Virus record (IMG/VR): IMGVR_UViG_3300046821_000076
Span: 8,335-72,334 of that record
Direction: 5' to 3' (one strand)
Source of the DNA: a virus
Length of the DNA stretch: 64,000 nucleotides
Part shown: piece by piece, positions 1 through 9,187 of the stretch
How the letters are laid out: each line of letters begins with the position of its first letter
How positions within the stretch are numbered: position 1 is the stretch's first letter
The notes under the pieces: generated by a model
The model's input: the letters and a program-made list of their open reading frames with translations, nothing else
Database searches by the model: none
Told to the model about the DNA's origin: nothing
Made by a program: the position numbers and the translations under genes

Positions 1-687
1 CAGTTTGGTATCAATAAGGAAGAGTACTGTGACATGCTTGATATTGATGTGATCTATGATCAGCGTCAGTTCATGATTGCACATGCTCAAGCAGATAGCT
101 TTGAAGATCGTGTGTATACTTTAGTTAAGCACATCTGTGGAGAAGGTATTGGTATCTACGGTATCTTCTTAATGCTCATTAACGCTCAACGCTTTGGGCA
201 GATGATGGCTCTAGGGCAAGAAGTAGTACAGTGGTCTGCACGTGATGAGAACCAACACGTAGAAGGTCTTACATGGCTGTTAAACCAAGAACTTCATGAG
301 AATGCTAATCTCGTTACAGAGAAGCTAATTACAGATATTAAGTTTATGTTTGAGCTTGCTGTACAGCGTGGTATTGCATTAGCTAAACGTGCTTATCAAG
401 AAGGTGATCTACATGATTTAACTATCAATCAGATTGCTAACTTCTTAAAGCAATTAGCAAATGCTCGTATTAATGCTATTGATATCTCAGTAGATAAAAT
501 CTTTACTGAAGTATCTGAAGAAGTATTACCTCAAGTAGGTTTACTGTTTACAGGCTCTAGCTTAGTTAACTTCTTTGAAGCAGCAAACACTAACTACGCT
601 GTAGGTACTCTTACAGGTGATTGGGAATATCCACCAGTATTCTTTAAAACAGACTATGATACTGAACAAGAGATTCTCAATGGTTGA
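1..687 (+). CDS. nrdB: Ribonucleotide reductase class Ia beta subunit (5'-truncated by window edge)
   Basis: Frame open from base 1; di-iron ligand motif WSARDENQH, upstream EGIGIYGIF helix and C-terminal NFFE...Y tail typical of R2 subunits. Confidence 0.85.
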   Translation, partial: QFGINKEEYCDMLDIDVIYDQRQFMIAHAQADSFEDRVYTLVKHICGEGIGIYGIFLMLINAQRFGQMMALGQEVVQWSARDENQHVEGLTWLLNQELHENANLVTEKLITDIKFMFELAVQRGIALAKRAYQEGDLHDLTINQIANFLKQLANARINAIDISVDKIFTEVSEEVLPQVGLLFTGSSLVNFFEAANTNYAVGTLTGDWEYPPVFFKTDYDTEQEILNG

Positions 688-705
688 GGGTTGTGATCTA
701 TAACC

Positions 706-733
706 AAGGCAGAGCTTAGGCTCTGCTTTTTAT
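706..733 (+). terminator. Intrinsic terminator
   Basis: GGCAGAGC-TTAG-GCTCTGCT followed by T-run. Confidence 0.75.
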
Positions 734-746
734 TTAAGGTGACACG

Positions 747-1034
747 ATGAATAAAGAAAGAGAAGCGTTTGAAGCATGGCTATTTAAATACTACCCAAAG
801 GCAGAAGAACTTGGGCTTGTTTATAGACCTAATGAAAACCTATATGAACACCGTCAAACTCAAATACGATGGATAGTATGGCAAGCAGCCAAAGCCCAAG
901 CAGTGCCCGAAATACAACAATCCAAACAAGCTGAAATTGACGATCTCAAAGCTCAACTCAAAGCTGTGCATGAAAGCAGAGCTGATTTTGTTGAGTATTG
1001 CAGAATGGTCGAAGCACAGGAGAACAAAGGATGA
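747..1034 (+). CDS. Hypothetical phage protein
   Basis: 95-aa ORF, AAGGTG RBS; EREAFEAW...WQAAKAQAVP pattern common in small phage proteins. Confidence 0.7.
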   Translation: MNKEREAFEAWLFKYYPKAEELGLVYRPNENLYEHRQTQIRWIVWQAAKAQAVPEIQQSKQAEIDDLKAQLKAVHESRADFVEYCRMVEAQENKG

Positions 1035-1186
1035 CCCAGCAACAACGTATAGACACAATCGTACTGCATATTTATTTAGGTAAAAAGCAGGGGCTTGATG
1101 TGGCCTATTTAGTTGAGTTACAACAACAACGGTATCTGCAATCGTGGGATATATACATACCAATACCACTTAACGAAATAGGATAG
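1031..1186 (+). CDS. Hypothetical protein
   Basis: ATGA overlap with upstream stop, GGAG RBS; fills the gap in the operon. Confidence 0.5.
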   Translation: MTQQQRIDTIVLHIYLGKKQGLDVAYLVELQQQRYLQSWDIYIPIPLNEIG

Positions 1187-1189
1187 CTT

Positions 1190-2158
1190 ATGTATTCAAA
1201 CCAAACTAACTTACCTACAGCTATAGCTGTATGGCTTGCACACGATACGTATGATAGAGCTGAAGCAGGCCTATCTGCTACAAGCTTACTTAAACCAATA
1301 AGACAGGTACTACTCTCTCAGCGTGTTCCTGAAGGTGAAGGTATTACTGACGTTAGTGGTTTAATTAAGTCACGTATTGGTACTGCAATCCATGATGCTA
1401 TTGAACGTGCCTGGCTGAGTGATCGCTTAGAAGCTACTCTTAAAAGTCTAGGTGCTTCAGATAAAACAGTATCAAGAGTTAAGATTAATCCTGAAACTAT
1501 TGAAGGTCCTTGTTACCCTATCTATCTTGAGCTTAGAACAAGCAAAGATATTTTAGGTGTAAAGGTTACAGGTAAGTTTGACTTCATTGATAATGGCAAA
1601 CTGATTGACTTTAAAACTACAAGTACCTTTGCATACACTTCAGGTAATAAAGATGAAGACTACATTATGCAAGGTAGTATTTATCGTTGGCTTAATCCTG
1701 AAATCATTACAGATGAGTTCATGGATATTTGCTTCATCTTTACTGATTGGCAGAAGAACAGATATTTGAGTGCTCCTCAAAGCTACCCTTCAAGTCAGAT
1801 TATCTCTCGCAGTTTTAAGCTGCATTCTGCAGCCTTTGTGCAGTCATACGTTGAAGAACGTGTTCGTACTTTAATTAAACTGCAGGACGTTCATGAAGTA
1901 GATTTACCCTTATGTACTGATAAAGACCTATGGCGTAAACCAGATACTTTTAAGTATTATAAGAACCCCCAAAAACAAAGCAAATCAACTGCTAACTTTG
2001 ACAACCTTAGTGATGCTAACAGACGCTTCTTAGATGATGGCGCTGTAGGCTTAGTTAAGACAGTTAAAGGAGGAGTTTCCGCGTGTCTGTACTGTAGCGC
2101 ATTCACCGTATGTACTCAGAAAGACAGACTTATTGAGTCAGGTGAGTTAAAGATTTAA
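1190..2158 (+). CDS. PD-(D/E)XK Cas4-like exonuclease (N4 gp42-like)
   Basis: GTAIHDAIE, GKFD...DFKTT nuclease motifs, C-terminal CLYC...C cluster; directly upstream of primase as in N4-like phages. Confidence 0.8.
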   Translation: MYSNQTNLPTAIAVWLAHDTYDRAEAGLSATSLLKPIRQVLLSQRVPEGEGITDVSGLIKSRIGTAIHDAIERAWLSDRLEATLKSLGASDKTVSRVKINPETIEGPCYPIYLELRTSKDILGVKVTGKFDFIDNGKLIDFKTTSTFAYTSGNKDEDYIMQGSIYRWLNPEIITDEFMDICFIFTDWQKNRYLSAPQSYPSSQIISRSFKLHSAAFVQSYVEERVRTLIKLQDVHEVDLPLCTDKDLWRKPDTFKYYKNPQKQSKSTANFDNLSDANRRFLDDGAVGLVKTVKGGVSACLYCSAFTVCTQKDRLIESGELKI

Positions 2159-2191
2159 ATCCTTTACTTACATATACCATGGTAAATACTT

Positions 2192-2408
2192 ATGAAAAGT
2201 TTTGATCAAATGCCCTATCATCCAATGACAGAGCAGATCGTAGACATCTTATGCGAGCGTTCTCAGAACAAACAGAGAATGTTCTTTCGCATTGCATGTC
2301 AATATTATTGGGGAGTACTCGCTTCCCAGATGCATACGAAGGTAGTAGGTTGGGGTAGCACTCCAATTCCACTGAATATTTACGCATTAAACCTAGCAGT
2401 ATCAGGGT
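2192..2408 (+). CDS. DNA primase (N4 gp43-like), exon 1
   Basis: Ends NLAVSG+T; joining to 3360 restores the P-loop SGFGKG and gives a 713-aa product. Confidence 0.85.
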
Positions 2409-2593
2409 AAACAACCATGCCCCTATAGGTAGTGATACCTATTAGCAAACCTCCCTAATTCGGTGAAACTCTGACCATTAAGTTGAAGACAATACCGAGC
2501 AAGGCATTAGCCGTGTGTAACGACTATCGAAAAGCAGCTTAGCTGAACTGAGTAGAGTAAGACCCAAGTGGGTTTGAAATGGGAGGATGCTTA

Positions 2594-2622
2594 TTTACTT
2601 ACCACAACGTTAGTGCTATATT
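2594..2622 (+). promoter_or_regulatory. Sigma70-like internal promoter for intron HNH gene
   Basis: TTTACT-17 nt-TATATT with extended -10 TG, ~30 nt before GAGGA RBS/ATG 2654. Confidence 0.55.
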
Positions 2623-2653
2623 TAAATCTAGCTATAACATTGAGGAAAGTGCA

Positions 2654-3268
2654 ATGACAGTTTGGAAAGATATTTTAGGGTATGAAGGTTTATACCAAGT
2701 AAGTGATGAAGGTTCTGTAAAGGCACTAGCCAGATCAGTAACCAACAAGAACGGTAGACTACAACAGTATCCTGAAAGGGTTTTAAAAACGGATAAAAGT
2801 GTAATGAGTAATTCTACATACCATAGAGTTACTTTATGTAAGAACCACGTTACTTCTAGATTTTTAGTACATCGTTTAGTAGCAGAAGCTTTTATACCTA
2901 ATCCGTTAAATAAACCAATGATTAACCACATAGATAATGATGCAGAGAATAATCAGGTGTCTAACATAGAATGGGTAACTCATTCAGAGAATATGATACA
3001 TGCCCAAAAACAGGGTAGATTATTTCACGCACAGTCTAAGGCAGGTAAGGTAGCAGGTGCTATAAGCACAGCTAATTTACATAAACTAGCTCAAGACAGC
3101 GTAGGCTTATTATTTAATTCCTGGCAAGTTATTGATCCAGACTTATCCTATAGAGCAGGTAAAGCATACATACTTTGTAAGTGTGTTTGCGGTAAACAGG
3201 CTCAAATAGATTTTGCAAGATTACGTAGATTAGATGCTACGTCATGTAAGTCATGCGCTAAGAAGTAA
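2654..3268 (+). CDS. Intron-encoded NUMOD4-HNH homing endonuclease
   Basis: WKDILGYEGLYQVSDEG (NUMOD4), VHRLVAEAF..NHIDND..NN..N HNH core, C-terminal CxCG..CxxC module; GAGGA RBS before ATG 2654. Confidence 0.92.
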   Translation: MTVWKDILGYEGLYQVSDEGSVKALARSVTNKNGRLQQYPERVLKTDKSVMSNSTYHRVTLCKNHVTSRFLVHRLVAEAFIPNPLNKPMINHIDNDAENNQVSNIEWVTHSENMIHAQKQGRLFHAQSKAGKVAGAISTANLHKLAQDSVGLLFNSWQVIDPDLSYRAGKAYILCKCVCGKQAQIDFARLRRLDATSCKSCAKK

Positions 3269-3359
3269 ATAAGTATAAGAGTTAGTCTGATCCCTGTAGA
3301 AATACAGGGCGGGTGCTTTAACGTACCGCATACGCATAACGAACGTATGGGACAATATG

Positions 3360-5284
3360 TCGGTAAAGGTTTCTCTACAGGGCTTATTGAATCAGAAGTT
3401 ATTAATAAGTTTCGTGCTAACTTCATGGATAACACTTTCCATCTACAAGCAGAAACCAATATCAATGCACTAGCTAAACATAAAGCTCTACATAAAGGCA
3501 CAGACGTTACAGATGAAACTGAGCGCCTGATTAAAGAGTTTAATGCAGCAGGTTCGCTAATGTTCTCATTTGATGATGCAACTATGGCAGCAGTTAAACA
3601 GATGCGCCATAAGCTTATCATTGCAGGTTCAGGTGCGGTTAACTTGCAGGTAGATGAAGTAGGTACAAAGCTTGTAAACCAAGAAGATGTACTAGCAGGT
3701 TTCTTAGAACTGTATGACACAGGTAAGATGAAAGATAAGCTCATTAAGAATGGGCAAGAAAATCAACGTGTAGAACGTATTGAGGGACAGACTCCAGCAA
3801 ACATGCTTCTATTTGGTACACCAAGTAAGGTAATGGATGGAGGTAAAACTCAAGCGTATCTCGAAGCTATGCTAGAGATGGGATATGCAAGACGTTGTCT
3901 ATTTGGGTACTCAACCCATTTAGGAAAAGATACTACTTCTGATGCACAAACATTAGTGCAGTTACTTACTAATAGTAAGTCAGATGCAGTACTAAACAAC
4001 ATTGCTACTCATCTTGAACAGTTAGCTGATTATCCTAACCTGTCTAAAGAAATCACAATCCAAGAAGCTGAAGCAGTTTACTTAATGGAATATAAAATTA
4101 ACTGTTCAGAACGAGCAGAGCATTTTAAAGACCATGAGTTTAGTCTTAAAGCTGAGATGGACCATCGCTACTTTAAAGTACTCAAACTAGCAGGTTGCTA
4201 CGCATTCTTAGACTACAGTCCAGTTATCACTGTTGATCACTTGGATTACGCTATACGTATCGTAGAAGATTCAGGCGAAGACTTTAAACGTCTAATGACC
4301 CCTGAATACAACTATGAAAAGTTAGCAAAGTATTTAGCTGCTTTAAACCAACCAGTTACTCTACCTGATCTTGAGTATGCTCTACCTTACTTCCGTGGAA
4401 GCAGACAACAGAAAGAGTATTTGATTGAGTACGCTACTGCTTGGGGATATAAAAACAATGTTGTCATTAAGAAATCTTTTGACAATAACATTATGTTCTT
4501 AGCTGCAGACAGCTTAAAGCAAACCAATATAGATGAGATGATTATGTCTATCTCTACTCGTCTGTCTGAAGGTTACGAAGCTAAACGCGTACCATTTGAT
4601 CAGCTACACTTACTTGCTACAAACAATGAGTATCATTGGTGTAGTCACCACTTCCAAGGAGATATTCGTAGAGCTGAAAACGCATTACCTCTATTCAATA
4701 TGATTGTTCTAGATATTGATGGGACAATGCCACTTGGCGTAGCTCAAGACTTACTTAAACAGTATCGAGCATTCTTCTATACAACGAAGTCTCATACTGA
4801 AGAAGTACATCGCTATCGTATTATCTTACCGATCAACTACGAAGTAGAAATGGATCGTGAAGAATACAATGCGTGTATGGATGCAGTACTTCAAACCTTA
4901 CCGTTTGAATGTGATCCAGCAACTAAAGATATTGCACGTAAGTGGATGTGTAACGAAGGAGAGTACTTCTACCAAGAAGGCGAGCTATTCGATATCTTAC
5001 CGTTCATTCCAAATACTTCTCGAAGTGATGAACGTCAGCAAGCATTTCAAAACCAATCAGACTTAGACAATCTTGAGCGTTGGGTTCTAAACCATACAGG
5101 CGCAGGAAATCGTAACGATCAGATTTATAAGTATGCAATGGTACTTGCAGATGCAGGTAAATCATTAGAGCAGATTGGAGAGTTAGCACGTAACTTAAAC
5201 AATAAGCTAAGTGATCGTCTTTCTGATGAAGAGATAATGAACACAGTACTCAAATCTGTAAGTAATAAGATGAATCGAAAATAG
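3360..5284 (+). CDS. DNA primase (N4 gp43-like), exon 2
   Basis: GKG P-loop half, VDEVG Walker B-like, VLDIDG and YTTKSH..RYRII AEP-type primase motifs, C-terminal GNRND PriCT-like domain. Confidence 0.88.
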
Positions 5285-5345
5285 TCCAAACGTTGTTTGG
5301 TTTTATGAGTAATCGGGGAGCAATCCCCACTTAGAGGTAAACAAG

Positions 5346-6077
5346 ATGTTAGACCAACAAAATGACTTTATGGTTTTAATTGGAGGAGAATCAGGTGCAG
5401 GTAAGACAACCTCATTGATGAATATCCGAGACCCTGAAGGTGTCTTATATCTTAATTGCGATGCAGGGAAACGCATCACTTTTAGACATAAGTTTAATAC
5501 TGTAACAGTTACTCATCCTATGCAAGTACTTGAAGGTATCAAAGCAGCTAATGGTTCTGAAAAGATTCATACAGTCATCATTGATACTTTATCGTTCTTG
5601 ATGGAGATGTACGAAACTCAGATTGTATTACGTGCAGATGATACTCGATCAGCTTGGGGAGATTACGCACAGTACCTCAAGACATTGATGCAAGAGTACA
5701 TTGCAGCAAGCACTAAGAACATTATTATCTTATCTCACATTGCAGACTACATTGATGAGTCTGCAGGGACTAAGAAAGTTCAAGTACCTCTTAAAGGGGC
5801 TTCAGCTAAAGTAGGTGTAGAAGCTTACTTATCTGTAGTAGTGAACGCTAAGAAAGTACCTATTGTTGAACTTGAGAAATACCCTTCAGAGTATTTACAT
5901 ATTACGGAAGAAGAACGTATTCAAGGATTCAAACACGTATTCCAAACCAAGGTTACAGCTAAGACAACTTCTGAGCGTATCCGTGGTCCAATTGGAATGT
6001 TTAAAGCAAATGAAGTATATATGGATAATGACGTACAGTTGTTATTGGATATTCTTCATGAGTACTACGAAGCGTAA
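5346..6077 (+). CDS. P-loop ATPase, Sak4/AAA_24-like (N4 gp44-like)
   Basis: GESGAGKT Walker A, VIIDT Walker B; synteny between primase and SSB. Confidence 0.85.
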   Translation: MLDQQNDFMVLIGGESGAGKTTSLMNIRDPEGVLYLNCDAGKRITFRHKFNTVTVTHPMQVLEGIKAANGSEKIHTVIIDTLSFLMEMYETQIVLRADDTRSAWGDYAQYLKTLMQEYIAASTKNIIILSHIADYIDESAGTKKVQVPLKGASAKVGVEAYLSVVVNAKKVPIVELEKYPSEYLHITEEERIQGFKHVFQTKVTAKTTSERIRGPIGMFKANEVYMDNDVQLLLDILHEYYEA

Positions 6078-6588
6078 GCGCAAAGACTTTACCTGGGCAG
6101 ATTTAGATGAACTGCTCAGGTATGATCCTCACACCGGTAAGCTTATTTGGCGAACCAACAAACACTCTAAATCGGTAGTACCTAACTCCATAGCTGGATG
6201 TATTAACAAAGCTACAGGATATAGAACAATTACTATTTTTGGGGTATCTTATGCGGCTCACCATGTAGCATGGTTTCTTCATTACAAGAAGTGGTCTGAA
6301 CACCAATTAGACCATATAAACCATATACGTAGTGATAACCGTATCGCTAATCTACGTGAAGTGTCTATAGCTGAGAATGCTAGAAACAGGAAGCGTAGAG
6401 ATAAAACCACAACAGGCGAGCATGGGATATGGTATGACAAGCAACGTAATAAATACGTAGCTGAGATTTCTATGGACCGTAAGCGCGTTTACTTGAAACG
6501 CTTTGATGATATCGAACAGGCAGTAGCTGAAAGAGAGTCAAAGTTAATTGAATTAGGATTCCATGAAAACCATGGGTCTAAACATTAA
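6058..6588 (+). CDS. Free-standing HNH endonuclease with AP2-like C-terminal domain
   Basis: LRYDPHTGKLIW, LDHINHIRSDNRIANL HNH motif, GIWYDKQRNKYVAEI AP2-like; likely start ATG 6058 overlapping upstream gene. Confidence 0.9.
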   Translation: MSTTKRKRKDFTWADLDELLRYDPHTGKLIWRTNKHSKSVVPNSIAGCINKATGYRTITIFGVSYAAHHVAWFLHYKKWSEHQLDHINHIRSDNRIANLREVSIAENARNRKRRDKTTTGEHGIWYDKQRNKYVAEISMDRKRVYLKRFDDIEQAVAERESKLIELGFHENHGSKH

Positions 6589-6600
6589 GGAATACATTTC

Positions 6601-7302
6601 ATGTCATTATTTGGTCAAGGCTACAACGATAAAGCAATCCCAGTAACTGATAAACAAAAACGTACAGTAGATTCAGGTGTATACCAAGGCACTGTTAAAA
6701 ATGCGTTTATTGGTAAGTCATCAGGAGGTGCTACTTCAGTATCGTTAGAAGTTAAACTGGATTCAGGCAAAACTATCTTTGAAACCATTTACGTTACTAA
6801 CAAGCAAGGTAGTAACACTTACGAAAAAGAGGGTGTTATTGGTTACTTACCAGGTTTCTTAACTGTAAACCAAATTGCTCTATTCGCTACAGGTAAAGAC
6901 TTGTACGAATTAGAACCTGAACTAGAAGAACGTATTGTTAAACAGTATGATTCTAAAGCAGGTAAGCAAGTAGACAAGCCTGCTATGGTTATCGTACCTC
7001 TATTAGAACAGCCTATCCTGGTAGCTATTAAAGAAGTACGTGAAAACAAAACCAAAGCAGGTGATGGTGCTAAGCGTATTACGCTTGCAGAAGATCGTGT
7101 ATATAACATGATTGATAAAGTATTCCATCCTTCTACTCTCCATACACAAGCAGAGCTTGAACAAGGTAAAGAAGCTGCTTACCTTGAATCATGGAAAAAA
7201 GATAACGATGGTAAGTTAGATGACCGCTACAAATCACTAGAGTCTACTAACTCAACAACAGTATCTGCTCCATCATCATCTGGTTTATTCAAAGGTCTTT
7301 AA
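6601..7302 (+). CDS. Single-stranded DNA-binding protein (N4 gp45-like)
   Basis: VDSGVY, ETIYVTNKQG, YLPGF motifs, C-terminal GLF; synteny. Confidence 0.8.
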   Translation: MSLFGQGYNDKAIPVTDKQKRTVDSGVYQGTVKNAFIGKSSGGATSVSLEVKLDSGKTIFETIYVTNKQGSNTYEKEGVIGYLPGFLTVNQIALFATGKDLYELEPELEERIVKQYDSKAGKQVDKPAMVIVPLLEQPILVAIKEVRENKTKAGDGAKRITLAEDRVYNMIDKVFHPSTLHTQAELEQGKEAAYLESWKKDNDGKLDDRYKSLESTNSTTVSAPSSSGLFKGL

Positions 7303-7364
7303 TAGATCAGTCTAGTTTTACCTAGGGACTCATTAGAGTCCCTTCTACTTTAAGAGATAAAACC

Positions 7365-7634
7365 ATGCAACAAGAACAGCCAATCACAGACGTACAAGAA
7401 CTAGGCAATGCAGTAATCTCTTGGCACATCCAAACATTACGTATAGTTGAACACGTATTGAATATGCCTGAAGATGCAGGTATTGATATCCCTACAGGTA
7501 ACATCTTAGAAGATGGTACTCCAGAAGTTATTGATGGAAATGCTGATCATCGTGCAGGATTCTTAGCGGGTGTTAAATACGCTTTAGAGTTATTAGATAC
7601 TTTCCCTATCAAAGGTGTAACTGCAGATGAGTAA
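7365..7634 (+). CDS. Conserved N4-like hypothetical protein
   Basis: WH...GFLAGVKYALELLDTFP pattern, follows SSB. Confidence 0.7.
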   Translation: MQQEQPITDVQELGNAVISWHIQTLRIVEHVLNMPEDAGIDIPTGNILEDGTPEVIDGNADHRAGFLAGVKYALELLDTFPIKGVTADE

Positions 7635-7860
7635 GCAGAATAGACTAACAGCTGTAACTACAATCAATCATTTGATGCAGTTACGGCAGGATATTAAAGA
7701 CAGTTTTAATGTTGGTTTATATAACGAGTTCCCTATTGCAGTTGTAGAAGAACTGTCTACTCTTGCACGACAATTACAAGTATCTGCTGATAAGATTCGT
7801 ACTATTACAAATAGCCGCGGTATTACAGCAAATGAAGACTTTAAAGATAGTCTCGCTTGA
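7627..7860 (+). CDS. Hypothetical protein
   Basis: 77-aa ORF overlapping both neighbours, AAGGTG RBS. Confidence 0.6.
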   Translation: MSKQNRLTAVTTINHLMQLRQDIKDSFNVGLYNEFPIAVVEELSTLARQLQVSADKIRTITNSRGITANEDFKDSLA

Positions 7861-8368
7861 TCCTAGCTTTAGACATCTAGGTATAGCTATTGGTACTATG
7901 GATTGTGATACAGGGATACTCACAGTAAACCATATCGATACAGTCCATACCGTACCTAACCCAAACAAGAAAGTCCCAAACTCTACATGGGATATTTCGC
8001 AAGCAAAACTTTTATACACAGCTATTCAGGAATATACACTTGACGCTGATGTGGTGTGTATAGAAGTTCCTTATGGAAGCCAAGATGTTAAGGCAGCAGT
8101 AGGTAGGGGAATCTGTCTAGGTCTAATATCTACCATCCAATGTCCTAACATTTTCTTGGTCACTCCTCAGTCAGTAAAGAAAGTACTAGGCAATCCTAAA
8201 GCTACTAAGAAAGACTCAGTAGCTTGGGCTAGTACCACCCACCCAGAAGCTTCTTGGCATAAGCAAAGAGGTCGCGTAACTACAGAAGCTAATGAACATT
8301 CTGCAGACGCCTTGGCAGCTATATATGCAGCAGCTTCACAACATAACTTTAAATCTCTAAAGGAATAA
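7832..8368 (+). CDS. RuvC-like Holliday junction resolvase
   Basis: VSLDPSFRHLG, CIEVP, EHSADALA catalytic motifs; start placed at ATG 7832. Confidence 0.85.
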   Translation: MKTLKIVSLDPSFRHLGIAIGTMDCDTGILTVNHIDTVHTVPNPNKKVPNSTWDISQAKLLYTAIQEYTLDADVVCIEVPYGSQDVKAAVGRGICLGLISTIQCPNIFLVTPQSVKKVLGNPKATKKDSVAWASTTHPEASWHKQRGRVTTEANEHSADALAAIYAAASQHNFKSLKE

Positions 8369-8372
8369 TCCT

Positions 8373-8783
8373 ATGCAAATTAAAACTCAATTAGATATCG
8401 AACTAAACGAATCAGACATCAAAGCAGCTATTGCTCTATATCTAGCACAGAACAGCGTATTAGTTAGCGATGAAGAATTAAGTGCAATTAAGTTTGTTAA
8501 CTCACGTAATGATGGTATCAAAGCAAACCTAACAGTAAGTAATGAGAAGTCTACAGCCCCTGAAGAACACCTTGTAGAAGCACCAGTATTACACTCTGTA
8601 GGGACTTTTCAAGAAGAAGCTACAAACACTGCTGCTGAAACTGAAGAAGCCTCAGAAGAGGTGCTAGAGCCTCATACAGTAGAAGATGTTATGCCTTCTA
8701 TTGATGAGATTGCAGAACAGCAGCAAGCAGCTACACCGGGTAAACCAGTCTTCCCTAATAAATCATTATTTGGTACTAAGTAA
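8373..8783 (+). CDS. Hypothetical protein with acidic C-terminal region
   Basis: AAGGA RBS; IELNESDIKAAI N-terminus, KSLFG C-terminus; position just before vRNAP. Confidence 0.75.
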   Translation: MQIKTQLDIELNESDIKAAIALYLAQNSVLVSDEELSAIKFVNSRNDGIKANLTVSNEKSTAPEEHLVEAPVLHSVGTFQEEATNTAAETEEASEEVLEPHTVEDVMPSIDEIAEQQQAATPGKPVFPNKSLFGTK

Positions 8784-8962
8784 TGGAGTTTCTAGTAGGA
8801 GTACTTAAGCTGTGTTTTATAGCCTTATTACTTATACTGGGATACTTAGTTATTAAAACAGCAGTGGTAATCTTAGCTGTTATCTTAGCTGTTGCAGTAG
8901 CTATATTAATTGCTTACCTAATATATGTTGAGGTGAAGAAACCAAATGAACCTTCGGAATGA
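8783..8962 (+). CDS. Small membrane protein (59 aa, not in ORF track)
   Basis: TAATG coupling; MEFLVGVLKLCFIALLLILGYLVIKTAVVILAVILAVAVAILIAYLIYVEVKK... nearly all hydrophobic. Confidence 0.65.
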   Translation: MEFLVGVLKLCFIALLLILGYLVIKTAVVILAVILAVAVAILIAYLIYVEVKKPNEPSE

Positions 8963-9146
8963 ACTTGCACTGATGTACCGTGGAGGCTCTAAAGAGTTCT
9001 TCCACAACAACATCTTAATTAAAGTAGTCTTTGAGTCCACAGGAATATTTGATATTCATGTATGTGATCCTGAAACCAAAGACGTCATTACACACTTCTC
9101 GTCTACATCTCTAAAAGAGTGTGTAGACTTTCTAGAACGCTTTTAA
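8946..9146 (+). CDS. Hypothetical protein
   Basis: GAGGTG RBS, ends right before terminator. Confidence 0.65.
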   Translation: MNLRNELALMYRGGSKEFFHNNILIKVVFESTGIFDIHVCDPETKDVITHFSSTSLKECVDFLERF

Positions 9147-9150
9147 AAAG

Positions 9151-9176
9151 AAACCCTCCACTTAGGAGGGTTTTTT
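9151..9176. terminator. Bidirectional intrinsic terminator between convergent operons
   Basis: AAACCCTCC-ACTTA-GGAGGGTTTTTT with A-run upstream. Confidence 0.85.
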
Positions 9177-9187
9177 AACATCAGTTC

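Larger units (their letters stand above)
2409..3359 (+). mobile_element. Group I self-splicing intron with homing endonuclease in P8
   Basis: Exon ends in U pairing with IGS G2419 (GGGU/GCCC); P element AATTCGGTGAAAC, Q CAATACCGAGC, R TAACGACTA, S AAGAGTTAGTCT; P3 CCTCCC/GGGAGG; P8 2587-2600/3263-3276; terminal G3359. Confidence 0.92.

Noticed and set aside
1190-2158. Cas4-like nuclease as sign of a CRISPR system
   Set aside because: No repeat-spacer array or other cas genes; it is the usual N4-like exonuclease
2579-2653. Upstream extension of the intron HNH ORF
   Set aside because: Overlaps intron P3/P8 structure; ATG 2654 has the RBS and begins the NUMOD4 motif
3347-3359. ATG 3347 as primase start
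   Set aside because: Lies within the intron 3' end; would give a truncated P-loop
5863-6057. Long N-terminal extension of the HNH/AP2 ORF
   Set aside because: Alternative frame inside the ATPase gene; no HNH-like content before ATG 6058
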